A stretch of DNA of 64,000 nucleotides from Nitrospirota bacterium (lineage in GTDB: Bacteria; Nitrospirota; UBA9217): the NCBI GenBank assembly GCA_963845065.1, contig CAWJQQ010000006.1:288001-352000 (forward strand). The letters run 5' to 3'. Below the pieces are notes generated by a model. It was not told where the DNA came from. It was given only the letters and a program-made list of their open reading frames with translations, and ran no database searches. Of this stretch, positions 30,401 through 39,828 are shown one piece after another (position 1 is the first letter of the stretch; the number at the start of each line of letters is the position of its first letter). The position numbers and the translations under genes are program-made.

Positions 30401-31741
30401 CTACGCTCTAGCTTTCAAAAACGTCGGGAGCTGGTTCGCTTCACGCGGTCCGACGGTGATCTTCCACCCGGGAAGCTTTTCCTCAAGCGCTCCCGAGAGA
30501 ACGGCAACATACCCGGGAATGATGAGCTCCTTATGATTGATATTTTTTTCTACGCCGCTATCGGTGATAAACTGCGCGATCTTGCTTGCAGTAAATTTTC
30601 CAGCGGCCCAAGCCGTAAGCACTGACAATCCTTCGTTATCCATTACGGCTAGCCACGACGGCACCTTGCTGTTTTCGACCTCGCCCCGCACTATAAAGTA
30701 GGATAGCGAGAAATTGGTGGTGATCATGAGCGGCGAGTTGTCCTTGGCGTCGCCGACCTTGTAGACGTTCTGCGCCACCTGCATGGGCACCTGCGGATCA
30801 GTATAGATGTTCTGGCGCAGCGATAAGAGCGCAAGCATCTTCCATTTCTCGACACTATTCAGAATGATGATGGAGGCATATTTCATTGTGCCGATGGCCG
30901 CGACCATGGACTCCGACACCGGATTGTCGCGGGTTGCAAACGTGATAATGGGATATCCCAAGGGTTTGAAGTTCTTTTTGATGGCTACGCGGCGGATAAT
31001 AGTAAAGTGCTCGATCATATCCTTAGCCTTGCGTGCGCCGGAATCGAGTACGAGATCGTCCACGCCCATACCTTTTACTTTTTCAGAGAGCGCCGTCAGC
31101 GCGTCAAGACCGTCTGCGGCAACGGCAAGGGAGGCCTTCTTTTCCTTTGCGATTTTCGCCATAGCTTCTGCATTCTCGGCTGTCGCGGCATAGATGAGCG
31201 GCCTTTTATCGACACAGTGCGCGATTCCGACCTCAATTGTCGCGGGATTTTTACTTACGAGAATGATGGGCACACCTGGCGCACTATCCACCACCTGTTT
31301 CACTACGGAAGCGAATTTCGCTGAGTCGCCGCCTTCGTCAGTAACGGCAATGGCGTCTACCCGGAGCTTCTGTCCCACGCGGTCGATCTCGGAGGTGTTA
31401 ACCGCAGCGATCTTTTTGGCAGCGGCATCACCAGCTTCGGAGGCTTTGATCGCAACAGCAAACACGTTTGGGTTAAAAAACTTTTTCTCGTGGCGAAACA
31501 TGCAGATCTCTTCGCCAACCTTGACGGCCTTAGTTCCCGTACCGAGGGTAATGCCGCGAATCGGCGGTGCAGCTGATTCGCCCAATATCTTCTTTGCATC
31601 CTCGGATGCATCAGGGCAGGCATCGAGGCTTGCTTGCTTGGCGGCAAGCTTCATAGCGAATGCGAGGCAAGTAGGATGCCCGCATTTCTTGCAGTTAGTC
31701 TTCGGCAAATGTTTAAATATTTCAACACCAGAGAATGCCAT
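30401..31741 (-). CDS. acsC: Corrinoid iron-sulfur protein large subunit
   Basis: LPKTNCKKCGHPTCLAFAMKLA, RQNIYTDPQVP, TTNFSLSY, GLSVLTAWAAGKF. Confidence 0.97.
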   Translation of the reverse strand: MAFSGVEIFKHLPKTNCKKCGHPTCLAFAMKLAAKQASLDACPDASEDAKKILGESAAPPIRGITLGTGTKAVKVGEEICMFRHEKKFFNPNVFAVAIKASEAGDAAAKKIAAVNTSEIDRVGQKLRVDAIAVTDEGGDSAKFASVVKQVVDSAPGVPIILVSKNPATIEVGIAHCVDKRPLIYAATAENAEAMAKIAKEKKASLAVAADGLDALTALSEKVKGMGVDDLVLDSGARKAKDMIEHFTIIRRVAIKKNFKPLGYPIITFATRDNPVSESMVAAIGTMKYASIIILNSVEKWKMLALLSLRQNIYTDPQVPMQVAQNVYKVGDAKDNSPLMITTNFSLSYFIVRGEVENSKVPSWLAVMDNEGLSVLTAWAAGKFTASKIAQFITDSGVEKNINHKELIIPGYVAVLSGALEEKLPGWKITVGPREANQLPTFLKARA

Positions 31742-31849
31742 TATATGCTCCTTTCGGAATGAACCGTATTATTTTGTAACGCGGATTGAGTATTTACTAT
31801 TTGATAATTCCAATCTTTATTTTTTCCTTTGAGCGTTTTGCACTGGCAA

Positions 31850-32791
31850 TTACCCCATCAGCTCTGCGATCATCTCTTTGGCCTTTACTCCCGCGCCAGG
31901 ATGACGCATGATCAGCATATCTGCGCCTGCAGTAATCATCGCCGAGGCAGTTATGGACTCCCATGCCAGAGCCCGATCTGCAAGGCCGCCCCATTCTGGG
32001 ACTTCGGCGTCGGGAGCTATCGTTTCCTTCACTTTCCAAACATTTGCACCGATATCGCAGACGACGGGCGTCTGCATCATGGCATCGTTTTGTAAGAGTG
32101 CTGCCAGACGGATACGTTCCATAACGCTATAAGTATATTCGAGGCCGTATCCCAGCGCGGAAGACATAGGATCCATGATGATCCGTTCCTTGTCAAAGCC
32201 CATCTGGGTAAGCAGGATGTTTAGCTGCTTCGCAAGGTTCACGTCCAGTTGGCTCATAGCGATCAACTTGTGATCATTGGCCATGGCTGCTGCTGCAATA
32301 GTTTTATAATTTTCTTCTACGGCTTTGCCGATTGCGCAGTTCTTTCCGCGCGTCGCTGCTGCTGCTGCCTGAAGAACCTTGCTGTCTTTTTCCACGTGAC
32401 CACTGCCGAGAATGAGGAGAGGGATATCGATAGCAGCCGCGACCTCAGCAGCCGTCTTGGCAGCTTCTTCGACACTTTTGTTTTTCTGGTCAGGGTGAGT
32501 GCCCATTAGTCTGAGCGCAACTATATCGGCGCCGTTCTGCTGGCAGAACTTTGCCCACTGCACGGGGTTGGCTGATACACCGCTGACGGCTTTCTGCAGG
32601 GTATCAGGCCAGTCGTTCGGTGCGATGTCCATGATCTCAAACGCTACTGCAGGTTTGTTCGGGAAAGTGCCTTCGAAGGACAGAAACGGAAGTGCGCTTG
32701 CTCCGCCGATGGTAACAGCTTTTGCGCCGGATCCAATCTGCACATTGAAGATTTTACCGCTGTAGGGCTCTTTCGGAATTGTTAGTGCCAT
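31850..32791 (-). CDS. acsD: Corrinoid iron-sulfur protein small subunit
   Basis: LPFLSFEG, DVNLAKQLN, ALGYGLEYTYSVMERIRLAAL, MRHP. Confidence 0.97.
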   Translation of the reverse strand: MALTIPKEPYSGKIFNVQIGSGAKAVTIGGASALPFLSFEGTFPNKPAVAFEIMDIAPNDWPDTLQKAVSGVSANPVQWAKFCQQNGADIVALRLMGTHPDQKNKSVEEAAKTAAEVAAAIDIPLLILGSGHVEKDSKVLQAAAAATRGKNCAIGKAVEENYKTIAAAAMANDHKLIAMSQLDVNLAKQLNILLTQMGFDKERIIMDPMSSALGYGLEYTYSVMERIRLAALLQNDAMMQTPVVCDIGANVWKVKETIAPDAEVPEWGGLADRALAWESITASAMITAGADMLIMRHPGAGVKAKEMIAELMG

Positions 32792-32940
32792 GAAATCCTC
32801 CTCAAATTGTTACCTATAGTAACAAATTAGTGTTCATTGAGCAATAGAAAAGATATGCAAACTCCATTTTTTACAAGGTTTAGTGTCATATGTTAAATTT
32901 GGTTTGAGCATTTCTCGGTTTCTTATAAACCAAGCCAAAC

Positions 32941-33729
32941 CTACATATCTAAATACGAATGGGCATACATAGTCTGACCCATGATCATCTCAACTGTCTT
33001 GACCGTATCCATCATGTCCTTGTCCAGCGGATCGATAATGGCTGATGTGAGTCCTTCATACATCAATAGCGCCAAGAAGTTACGGTTAATGATGGGCCGC
33101 AATACTTTTGGAGCGCCGTTCGAGATGTTCGAAAGACCTACTACGCTCTGCATGGGAGGATCATTCAGGTCTTTGAACATCCTGACTGCACGGATTGCCT
33201 GCCTTCCTTGGTCCTGCATCGTGCAAACCTGGAGAATGAGCGGGTCAAGAAAGATATTCTCCATGGGCACGCCATATTCCATGCCACGCCCCATAATTTC
33301 TGCAGCGATAACACAGCGATCCTCTGCATCGGCCGGAAGCCCGCCCTTCCCAAGTGTAAGTGCGATAACTTTCGAATTATACTTCCCGGCCAACTCCATC
33401 ATGGGGAACCGCTCCGGTTCGTTGGACGTGGAGTTGATGAGGGGAGTTCCCCACTGGTTGTTGTGCGCCTTGAGCCCCGCCTCCATAGCCTTCACGTTTG
33501 TTGTATCCAGACAAAGCGGTTTCTCAACTACTTCCTGCACAACTTTCACAGCCCAATCCATAAGTTGAGGACCATTTTCCTCGGCAGGGCCGATGGACAC
33601 ATCGATAAAATTCGCACCTGCTTTTGCCTGGGCAACGGCAAGTTCCTGAAGTGGCTTCGCATCGCGATTCGTGAGAGCCTCACGCACTTTTTTTGCCATA
33701 ACACTGATTTTTTCTCCGATAACGATCAT
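32941..33729 (-). CDS. acsE: Methyl-THF:corrinoid/Fe-S protein methyltransferase
   Basis: Pterin-binding barrel: IVIGEKI, LCLDTTN, LINS, GLSNISNG; adjacent to acsD. Confidence 0.93.
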   Translation of the reverse strand: MIVIGEKISVMAKKVREALTNRDAKPLQELAVAQAKAGANFIDVSIGPAEENGPQLMDWAVKVVQEVVEKPLCLDTTNVKAMEAGLKAHNNQWGTPLINSTSNEPERFPMMELAGKYNSKVIALTLGKGGLPADAEDRCVIAAEIMGRGMEYGVPMENIFLDPLILQVCTMQDQGRQAIRAVRMFKDLNDPPMQSVVGLSNISNGAPKVLRPIINRNFLALLMYEGLTSAIIDPLDKDMMDTVKTVEMIMGQTMYAHSYLDM

Positions 33730-33814
33730 TTCAAAAAACCTCCTCTTTCATCGTATTCCTTGTTTACCTATGGAAAAATTCTCTCAATATCTGTTTTGTT
33801 CAGAACACTTCCAG

Positions 33815-34711
33815 CTAATTTTCATATTTAATTACGTCTGATAATTCTTGAAGCACTTCCAGAGACAGGACCCGTCTCTCTTTTGCGATGATAATGGTAT
33901 GATTCGCAAGCTCTCGGTAAAGACCAAGGAGCTCCGGTGCTCTTTTTCTCATAGCACTCATATGATCCCTGACTGTCTCTACATCGCCCCGGATGATGGG
34001 ACCGGTCAAGGCATCGGGTATGCCGGCGGATTCAATATTCGCCAAAGTTCCCCTGATAAGCGGGAGCACGGCCTTAAGTGCTTCCTTCTTATCCGCACCC
34101 AGCACCTGGTAAAAACAAAGTCCGAAATCCACAAGCGCAACGAAAAAATTCGATACCGCTACGGCGCCGGCATGGTAGAGAGCCGGCGAGCTTTTATCCG
34201 GGAGCCATCCCGGCATATCCAGTTCAATGCCTCCCAAAGCCTTTACCAACGCCCTGGCGAGTGCCAATGCTGCCGTATCAGCCTCTATTCGAAAATAGGA
34301 GCCGGGAACATTTTTTATTCCGAGGTCCCTGCTCGGAATTGATTGCAGAGGATGAATAACCGCACGGTATGAACCTGACTGTCGTGCGGAAGCCAGCAAA
34401 TCTAGGGTGTGCGCGCCAGAGGTGTGTACAACGAGCATGCCTGGTCTAAACCCGCCACCCGTTGCAATCATATCACATACAGTTTTGATTGACTTATCCG
34501 GTGTCGTAATAAAGACAACGTCAGCCGTTGCGGCCGCCTTTACCACATCGGTCAGTGTTTTACCGGAGCCGATGAATGCCCGTGCTATCTCTGCCGACTC
34601 CTCAGTGCGCGCAGCAACTGCAGTAATGGTATACCCTGCCTGCATGAGCAGGAACCCTACTGAACTGCCGACACGACCTGCGCCGATGATGGCGACGGTT
34701 TTTGTGGCCAT
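33815..34711 (-). CDS. panG: Rossmann-like/DUF2520 protein, probable ketopantoate reductase PanG
   Basis: IIGAGRVG, VHTSGA, HPLQS, LYHAGAVAVSNF, LTGPIIRGD; close to panB. Family is clear, function inferred. Confidence 0.75.
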   Translation of the reverse strand: MATKTVAIIGAGRVGSSVGFLLMQAGYTITAVAARTEESAEIARAFIGSGKTLTDVVKAAATADVVFITTPDKSIKTVCDMIATGGGFRPGMLVVHTSGAHTLDLLASARQSGSYRAVIHPLQSIPSRDLGIKNVPGSYFRIEADTAALALARALVKALGGIELDMPGWLPDKSSPALYHAGAVAVSNFFVALVDFGLCFYQVLGADKKEALKAVLPLIRGTLANIESAGIPDALTGPIIRGDVETVRDHMSAMRKRAPELLGLYRELANHTIIIAKERRVLSLEVLQELSDVIKYEN

Positions 34712-34714
34712 AAT

Positions 34715-35485
34715 CTACGGGATCAACTTATCCAGCACGCCGTAATAACTGGTAAGTGCCTTCGAATCGGCTGGAAGCTGAATAAGCGGCTTACCGTTTA
34801 AGTCATAATCAAAGATCAGTTCATCAGCAGGAACGAAACCCACGAACTCGACGTCCTGCTTGGCGATTGCATGCTGGAGAGATTTGTCCTCACTCGTTCC
34901 ATCCTGCAAGCGGTTTACGATTAGCACGGTGCGTTTGACGTTCAGGTTCAGCTCTTTCACCAGCTCACCAATACGTCCGGCAGTCATCACCCCGCGAACT
35001 GAAGAGTCGCTGATAATCAGTAGCAGGTCCGTGTCCTGGGTAGTGCGCCGGGAGAGATGTTCTAGGCCGGCTTCGTTGTCCATGACCGTGTAAGGATAAG
35101 TGTCGGCTAGCTTATCCATGTACTTGCGGATGATATTGTTCGCCGCGCAGTAACAGCCAGCACCCTCTGGTCTGCCCATAACGAGCAGGTCGAAGCCTTT
35201 AGCTTCGATAATCGCCTGCTGTATTTGGTAATCAAAAAGCTGCTCCATACTCATGCCGCCTAGTCGAGGCGCCGTAGACTTAATCGCTTCAAGAGAGGTC
35301 TCCCGCAGCCGACCTACCGTGGCATGCACTTTTACACCGAGCACATCATGTAAGTTCGCATTGGCGTCTGCGTCAACAGCCAAAACGGCCCCGTGCTTCT
35401 TTTCGGTTAAATATCTAACCGTAAGGCCGCATAGGCTGGTCTTGCCTGTACCGCCCTTACCTGCTACTGCTATCGCAAAACCCAT
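34715..35485 (-). CDS. acsF: CooC-family nickel-insertion ATPase (AcsF/CooC2)
   Basis: AGKGGTGKT, DADANANL, MGRPEGAGCYCAAN, DNEAGLEHLSRRT. Confidence 0.88.
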   Translation of the reverse strand: MGFAIAVAGKGGTGKTSLCGLTVRYLTEKKHGAVLAVDADANANLHDVLGVKVHATVGRLRETSLEAIKSTAPRLGGMSMEQLFDYQIQQAIIEAKGFDLLVMGRPEGAGCYCAANNIIRKYMDKLADTYPYTVMDNEAGLEHLSRRTTQDTDLLLIISDSSVRGVMTAGRIGELVKELNLNVKRTVLIVNRLQDGTSEDKSLQHAIAKQDVEFVGFVPADELIFDYDLNGKPLIQLPADSKALTSYYGVLDKLIP

Positions 35486-35566
35486 CGTACCTCGATTTCA
35501 GGGGCCAAAGACCTTGGTCCAAGGTTCGGAATTTTTTCCTAAACCATCTGACCTGGGCGCTGGACT

Positions 35567-36298
35567 CTATGCTTTCTTCGTTCCGTACTTCTTTCTGACT
35601 TCTTCGATCTTTCCACAGGTCATCTTGCCCTCGGGGCAGGGAGCATGGAGACAACCAGGACCAGAATTAGCGAAGATCGTCGGCGCCGCATGCTTTACCA
35701 AATGGAGCATGCGCTCGGCCATATCCCGAATCTCCCACTGCGCCCGATTACAGCACCGTACGCGGAAAAAGTGTAGGAGTTCCCGCCCGTTCATCGTGAC
35801 TACTATTTTCGTTTCTGCCGCATTTGGCAGCAGATATCGTGCATCTTGCCGTCCTGTTTCACCCTCATACCCAAGCTCCTCAAGCCGATTGAGAACTTCT
35901 GTATAGTTCTTCTGCGCCTCGGCCATGAACTTCTCAAACTCACGCACGAGTACGGAATCCTGCTTGATGCTTGGAGGAATTACGTAATCAAACTGGTCTG
36001 CTTTTACATATCTCTGGCTCTGTTGCGAGTAGGACGCAACGCGATGGCGAACCAACTGGTGCGAACATGCCCGTGAGATGCCTTCGATGCCGAAAGTGAA
36101 CGAGACATGCTCAATAGGAGATAGATGACCAATGGCCGCCAGCTGCTCTACGAACGCGGCCTGGTCCTTTGTTCCGATTTTCTCTCTGAGCTCTCGTACA
36201 CCCGAATGGCTGTAGCACAGTTTCGCGGCCATGGCCACGACTACTTCAGGTTCCGGCGTATACTGAAGGAGAACTACATTTAGTGTTGATTCAGGCAT
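35567..36298 (-). CDS. thyX: FAD-dependent thymidylate synthase
   Basis: GHLSPIEH, HQLVRHRVASYSQQSQRY (RHRx7S), DARYLLP, AQWEIR. Confidence 0.97.
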   Translation of the reverse strand: MPESTLNVVLLQYTPEPEVVVAMAAKLCYSHSGVRELREKIGTKDQAAFVEQLAAIGHLSPIEHVSFTFGIEGISRACSHQLVRHRVASYSQQSQRYVKADQFDYVIPPSIKQDSVLVREFEKFMAEAQKNYTEVLNRLEELGYEGETGRQDARYLLPNAAETKIVVTMNGRELLHFFRVRCCNRAQWEIRDMAERMLHLVKHAAPTIFANSGPGCLHAPCPEGKMTCGKIEEVRKKYGTKKA

Positions 36299-36354
36299 AC
36301 TGTCCCCTCCACTCAGCGGGAAGAGGGCGCACAGCAAAATTATAAAAGCGGGGT

Positions 36355-36384
36355 ATTATAGCCATCGCACATCGAGTGAGTCAA
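36355..36384 (-). promoter_or_regulatory. Internal sigma70 promoter before thyX-acsF-panG-acsEDCB
   Basis: TTGACT-N18-TATAAT in an AT-rich spacer. Confidence 0.6.
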
Positions 36385-36515
36385 GAAAAATTCAAGAAAA
36401 GTGATAGAATTTAAAAGTGACTATTTTAATTAAGTCATTAATATCATTTATAAAAAAGACCGCGCTACGAAAAGTATCTGACATATTGTTACGAATGTAT
36501 ACATTGGTTTTTTAA

Positions 36516-37316
36516 TTATTTGAAGCTGTGCTCCTCTTGCGGGAAGGCTCCTGATTCAACTTCCTGCTTATACTCTTTTACCGCCTTTATTGCCTGATCC
36601 TTGAGATGGGCATATTTTTTAACGAACTTTGGTGTGAACCTGTCATAAAGCCCCAGGAGATCATGAAGGACGAGCACCTGTCCATCACAATCCGGACCGG
36701 CTCCGATACCGATGGTGGGAATATAAAGTATCTCATGTATTTCTTTGGCGAGCGAAGCCGGCACAGCTTCAAGCACCACAGAAAATGCCCCTGCATCCTG
36801 CACTGCTCTCGCATCTGCTAGGATCTTCTCACGCGCTGCCTCATCCCTGCCCTGGACCTTGAAGCCACCGAGGGCATGAATGGACTGCGGTGTCAAGCCA
36901 ATATGCGCCATGACCGGTATGCCGGCGTTCACGATTACTCTTATCGCATCAGCCATCTGCGTTCCACCCTCAAGCTTAACGGCCTCTGCGCCAGCTTCTT
37001 TCAGAAATCGGCCCGCATTGATTACCGCCTCGGCCTTGTCTGCTTGATAAGACAAAAACGGCATATCACCGACCACTAAGGATGATGATGCGGCCCGCGA
37101 AACCATTGATGTGTGATAGAGCATCTCAGCCATGGTCACCGGCAGCGTGCTGGGCTGCCCCTGCACTACCATGCCGAGCGAGTCGCCGACGAGAATAACA
37201 TCGATGCCTGCCTGATCCACGATCTGCGCCGTGGGAAAATCATAGGCCGTGAGCACGGTGATCTTCTTGTGCTCGGTCTTCTTCTTATACAAATCCATGA
37301 TGGTAATCTTTGGCAT
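36516..37316 (-). CDS. panB: 3-methyl-2-oxobutanoate hydroxymethyltransferase
   Basis: [44 protein letters not shown]; start trimmed to MPKITI. Confidence 0.97.
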   Translation of the reverse strand: MPKITIMDLYKKKTEHKKITVLTAYDFPTAQIVDQAGIDVILVGDSLGMVVQGQPSTLPVTMAEMLYHTSMVSRAASSSLVVGDMPFLSYQADKAEAVINAGRFLKEAGAEAVKLEGGTQMADAIRVIVNAGIPVMAHIGLTPQSIHALGGFKVQGRDEAAREKILADARAVQDAGAFSVVLEAVPASLAKEIHEILYIPTIGIGAGPDCDGQVLVLHDLLGLYDRFTPKFVKKYAHLKDQAIKAVKEYKQEVESGAFPQEEHSFK

Positions 37317-37444
37317 GATTGTTTGACTCTTACCTCTATCCTCCCCTGTTGGTGCAGAGAGGACTTGCATTTCCCCTCTCCCTCCTGGGAAATCAGGGCG
37401 GTGAAAGGACAATTTCGAAGTCCATACTATACAATATGCACTTA

Positions 37445-38410
37445 CTATGGTCGAGGATATAATCCAGCAGCTTTGACGATTCCCTCTATGGCGCTCTCCC
37501 ATTCGATGGCCTGAATGTGGACGCCCTTAACACCGGGGATGTCGAGGATTTGGTGGATAAGCTCTACGGTGATCTTGAGGCCTTCGGCTTCTTGCAGTTC
37601 GCGGGCCTTTTTTTTGTCGTCGCCCGCTGTTTCCTTTGCCTTGTTCATTCGGTCGATGAGCGGCTTCGGCACTGTTACGCCGGCAACGGAGGAGTCCATG
37701 TACTTGAGCATCATAGCGCTCCGAGGTACGATGATGCCGCCGAGGATAGCGGTCCTTTCCGTGAGCCCCAGGTTCCGCGCTTTTTCCATCTGTGACTTGA
37801 ATATTTCCACGTCGTAGATTCCCTGAGTTTGAATAAAGTCAGCGCCGGCATCCACTTTTTTCTTAAGGTTATAAGGCCTGAAGTCGATTGGGTCTCCCAT
37901 GGGTGTCCATGAAGCACCTATAAAAAACTTAGGTGCGACTTCGATCTTGTCTCCGCCCTCCTGCAAACTCTCGTCTCGCATCTTTTTCATAATCCCAACA
38001 AGCTGACAGGTATCCACATCGTAAACATTTTTCGCGCCCGGGTGGCCTTTAAGCTTGCCCGCTGCGCTGAATTTCTGATGGTCACCGGCGATGCAGAGAC
38101 AATTCTTGAGGCCAAGGGCGGCGGCACCCAAGAGGTCCGCCTGCATGGCGATTCTATTGCGGTCGCGGCAGGTCATTTGCATGACTGGTTCGAGGCCCTC
38201 TCGGTGGGCAATGAATGCTGCTGCGATGCTCGAGATTCGCACGACGGCTGTCTGGCAGTCGGTTATGTTCGCGGCGTCGCAAAAGCCCTTCAATTTGTGT
38301 GCCTTTTCCACGACCTCGTGGGCATCGGCACTCATGGGCGGCCCCAGCTCCGCCGTTACAGCAGGTTTTCCGCTCGCGATGACTCGTTCGAGGTTGCTTC
38401 CACTTTTCAT
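37445..38410 (-). CDS. metF: Methylenetetrahydrofolate reductase
   Basis: [43 protein letters not shown]. Confidence 0.95.
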   Translation of the reverse strand: MKSGSNLERVIASGKPAVTAELGPPMSADAHEVVEKAHKLKGFCDAANITDCQTAVVRISSIAAAFIAHREGLEPVMQMTCRDRNRIAMQADLLGAAALGLKNCLCIAGDHQKFSAAGKLKGHPGAKNVYDVDTCQLVGIMKKMRDESLQEGGDKIEVAPKFFIGASWTPMGDPIDFRPYNLKKKVDAGADFIQTQGIYDVEIFKSQMEKARNLGLTERTAILGGIIVPRSAMMLKYMDSSVAGVTVPKPLIDRMNKAKETAGDDKKKARELQEAEGLKITVELIHQILDIPGVKGVHIQAIEWESAIEGIVKAAGLYPRP

Positions 38411-38428
38411 TACGGTTATCCTCCAGCC

Positions 38429-39121
38429 TTAGGCTTTTTTCTCTTCTTCAAGCTCCATAATATGCTCAAGCACCATCCTGCGTGGGCCGCCGTGAGTACC
38501 GGAGGACCAGTTCCTCGGCGGCTGAATAGTGTTCAACTGCTCTACGGTGCCAAGCTTTTTCATGCGCTCTACGATCAAATACCAAGCACAGTCCACCTCG
38601 TTGCTGACCTCGCACTTTCCCTTGTTCGTACCTCCGCAGGGTCCGTTCAAGAGGGACTTGGAGCAGCGCACGACCGGACAAATCCCGCCGGTCAGGTGAA
38701 GAATGCAGTTGCCGCACCCGCCGCAGAGTTCCACGAAAACCCCAGCCTTGGGTACAGCGCCGTAGAATGTAGTGTTTACTCCCGGATAGACCGGAATGTT
38801 GTCGCCGATGAGTTCGGCAAGAAAGTTCACCCCCACACCACAGGCGGTAGAAAGCACCAGATCGTAGGTCTTTACCTTTTCCATGAGCGGCTCGAAAAAC
38901 TCGGGCTCGCAATGCCGCTCGATTGCAGCATGGTCGACCTGCATGCCGGGGCTCTCCTGGATCGCTTTCGTCCGAAGCATGGACGCCAAAATTTCCGCTT
39001 CCTTACTGCCACCGGCATGGCTGATCGCAACGCATGTATTGCATCCGAAGACAAGGACCTTCTTGAAACCTTTGACCATGTCCCAGATTTCATCGAATGG
39101 TTTCTGTTTACCGACTATCAT
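38429..39121 (-). CDS. metV: MetV (MTHFR-associated Fe-S/Zn subunit)
   Basis: GCNTCV, ACGVG, CGGCGNC..TGGICPVVRCSKSLLNGPCGG..CEV..CAW. Confidence 0.93.
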   Translation of the reverse strand: MIVGKQKPFDEIWDMVKGFKKVLVFGCNTCVAISHAGGSKEAEILASMLRTKAIQESPGMQVDHAAIERHCEPEFFEPLMEKVKTYDLVLSTACGVGVNFLAELIGDNIPVYPGVNTTFYGAVPKAGVFVELCGGCGNCILHLTGGICPVVRCSKSLLNGPCGGTNKGKCEVSNEVDCAWYLIVERMKKLGTVEQLNTIQPPRNWSSGTHGGPRRMVLEHIMELEEEKKA

Positions 39122-39128
39122 TGGTCAA

Positions 39129-39641
39129 TCACTCCTTTTCCCTGCCGCATAACTGCTTATATTTTGCAAGTGACACTGGCGAAGGTCCTAGATTCCGTAT
39201 CTTCTCAACGAATTCGTTACACATCTCCGCCCATCTCGGACCCATTGCCGCTGAAAGATTGTACATCTCGAGGCGCATAGGGTCGATGCCGATCTTCGTC
39301 AGCAGTGTCTTTACGTATTCTATCCTTCGTGCCGCAAACAGATTACCTTCCAGGTAATGGCATTGGCCTTTCAGTCAGCCAGCGGCAAAAATGCCATCAA
39401 CGCCCTTTTCGAAGGCCTTGAGGATGTGAATATGGTCTAGTTTTCCAGTGCAGGGTAGGCGAATGATCTTAACGCTCGGTGAATAGGACAGACGCATAAC
39501 GCCAGCCAGATCCGCAGCTGCGAATGCGCAGTAATGGCACGCAAAGGCAATGACGTTCGGTTCCCAGCCCGCCGGTGTTTCGTGAGGTTTCTCGACGGAC
39601 GAGACCACGACTTTTCCCGATGTTTCTGTTGCTACAACCAT
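39129..39641 (-). CDS. mvhD: MvhD/FlpD [2Fe-2S] subunit, selenocysteine at codon 89
   Basis: FACHYCAFAAADLAG..LPCTGK..DGIFAAG(TGA 39375-39377)LKGQCHYLEGN..RLEMYNLSAA..LGPSP; homology continues in frame to the stop at 39129. Confidence 0.93.
39342..39358 (-). promoter_or_regulatory. Bacterial SECIS-like hairpin
   Basis: ATTACCT-GGA-AGGTAAT perfect 7-bp stem starting 16 nt after the UGA, G-containing apical loop. Confidence 0.75.
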
Positions 39642-39698
39642 GGATGCACTCCTTTCAAAAGGATTCAATCAATTGTAAAAGCACTATAAAACAAAATA

Positions 39699-39797
39699 TC
39701 CACGAAATCGCTGAGACGCACAGGAGGATATATTAATCATAAAGAGAAGTCCGCGACAATAAAACTGCCTACTCTGCTTCTCCATGTCTCCGTTGTA
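39699..39797. repeat. REP-like imperfect palindrome (copy C, degenerate)
   Basis: CCACGAAATCGCTGAGACGCACAG ... CTCTGCTTCTCCATGTCTCCGTTGTA between hdrA and mvhD. Confidence 0.45.
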
Positions 39798-39828
39798 AAA
39801 TGTTTTTCCATTAAGCAAGCTACGGAAG

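Noticed and set aside
38042..39280. 412-aa plus-strand ORF
   Set aside because: Antisense to metF/metV/mvhD with no recognisable motifs.
39375..39377. mvhD as a nonsense pseudogene
   Set aside because: Stop is UGA at a conserved Cys with a downstream hairpin and an otherwise intact frame; Sec recoding fits better.
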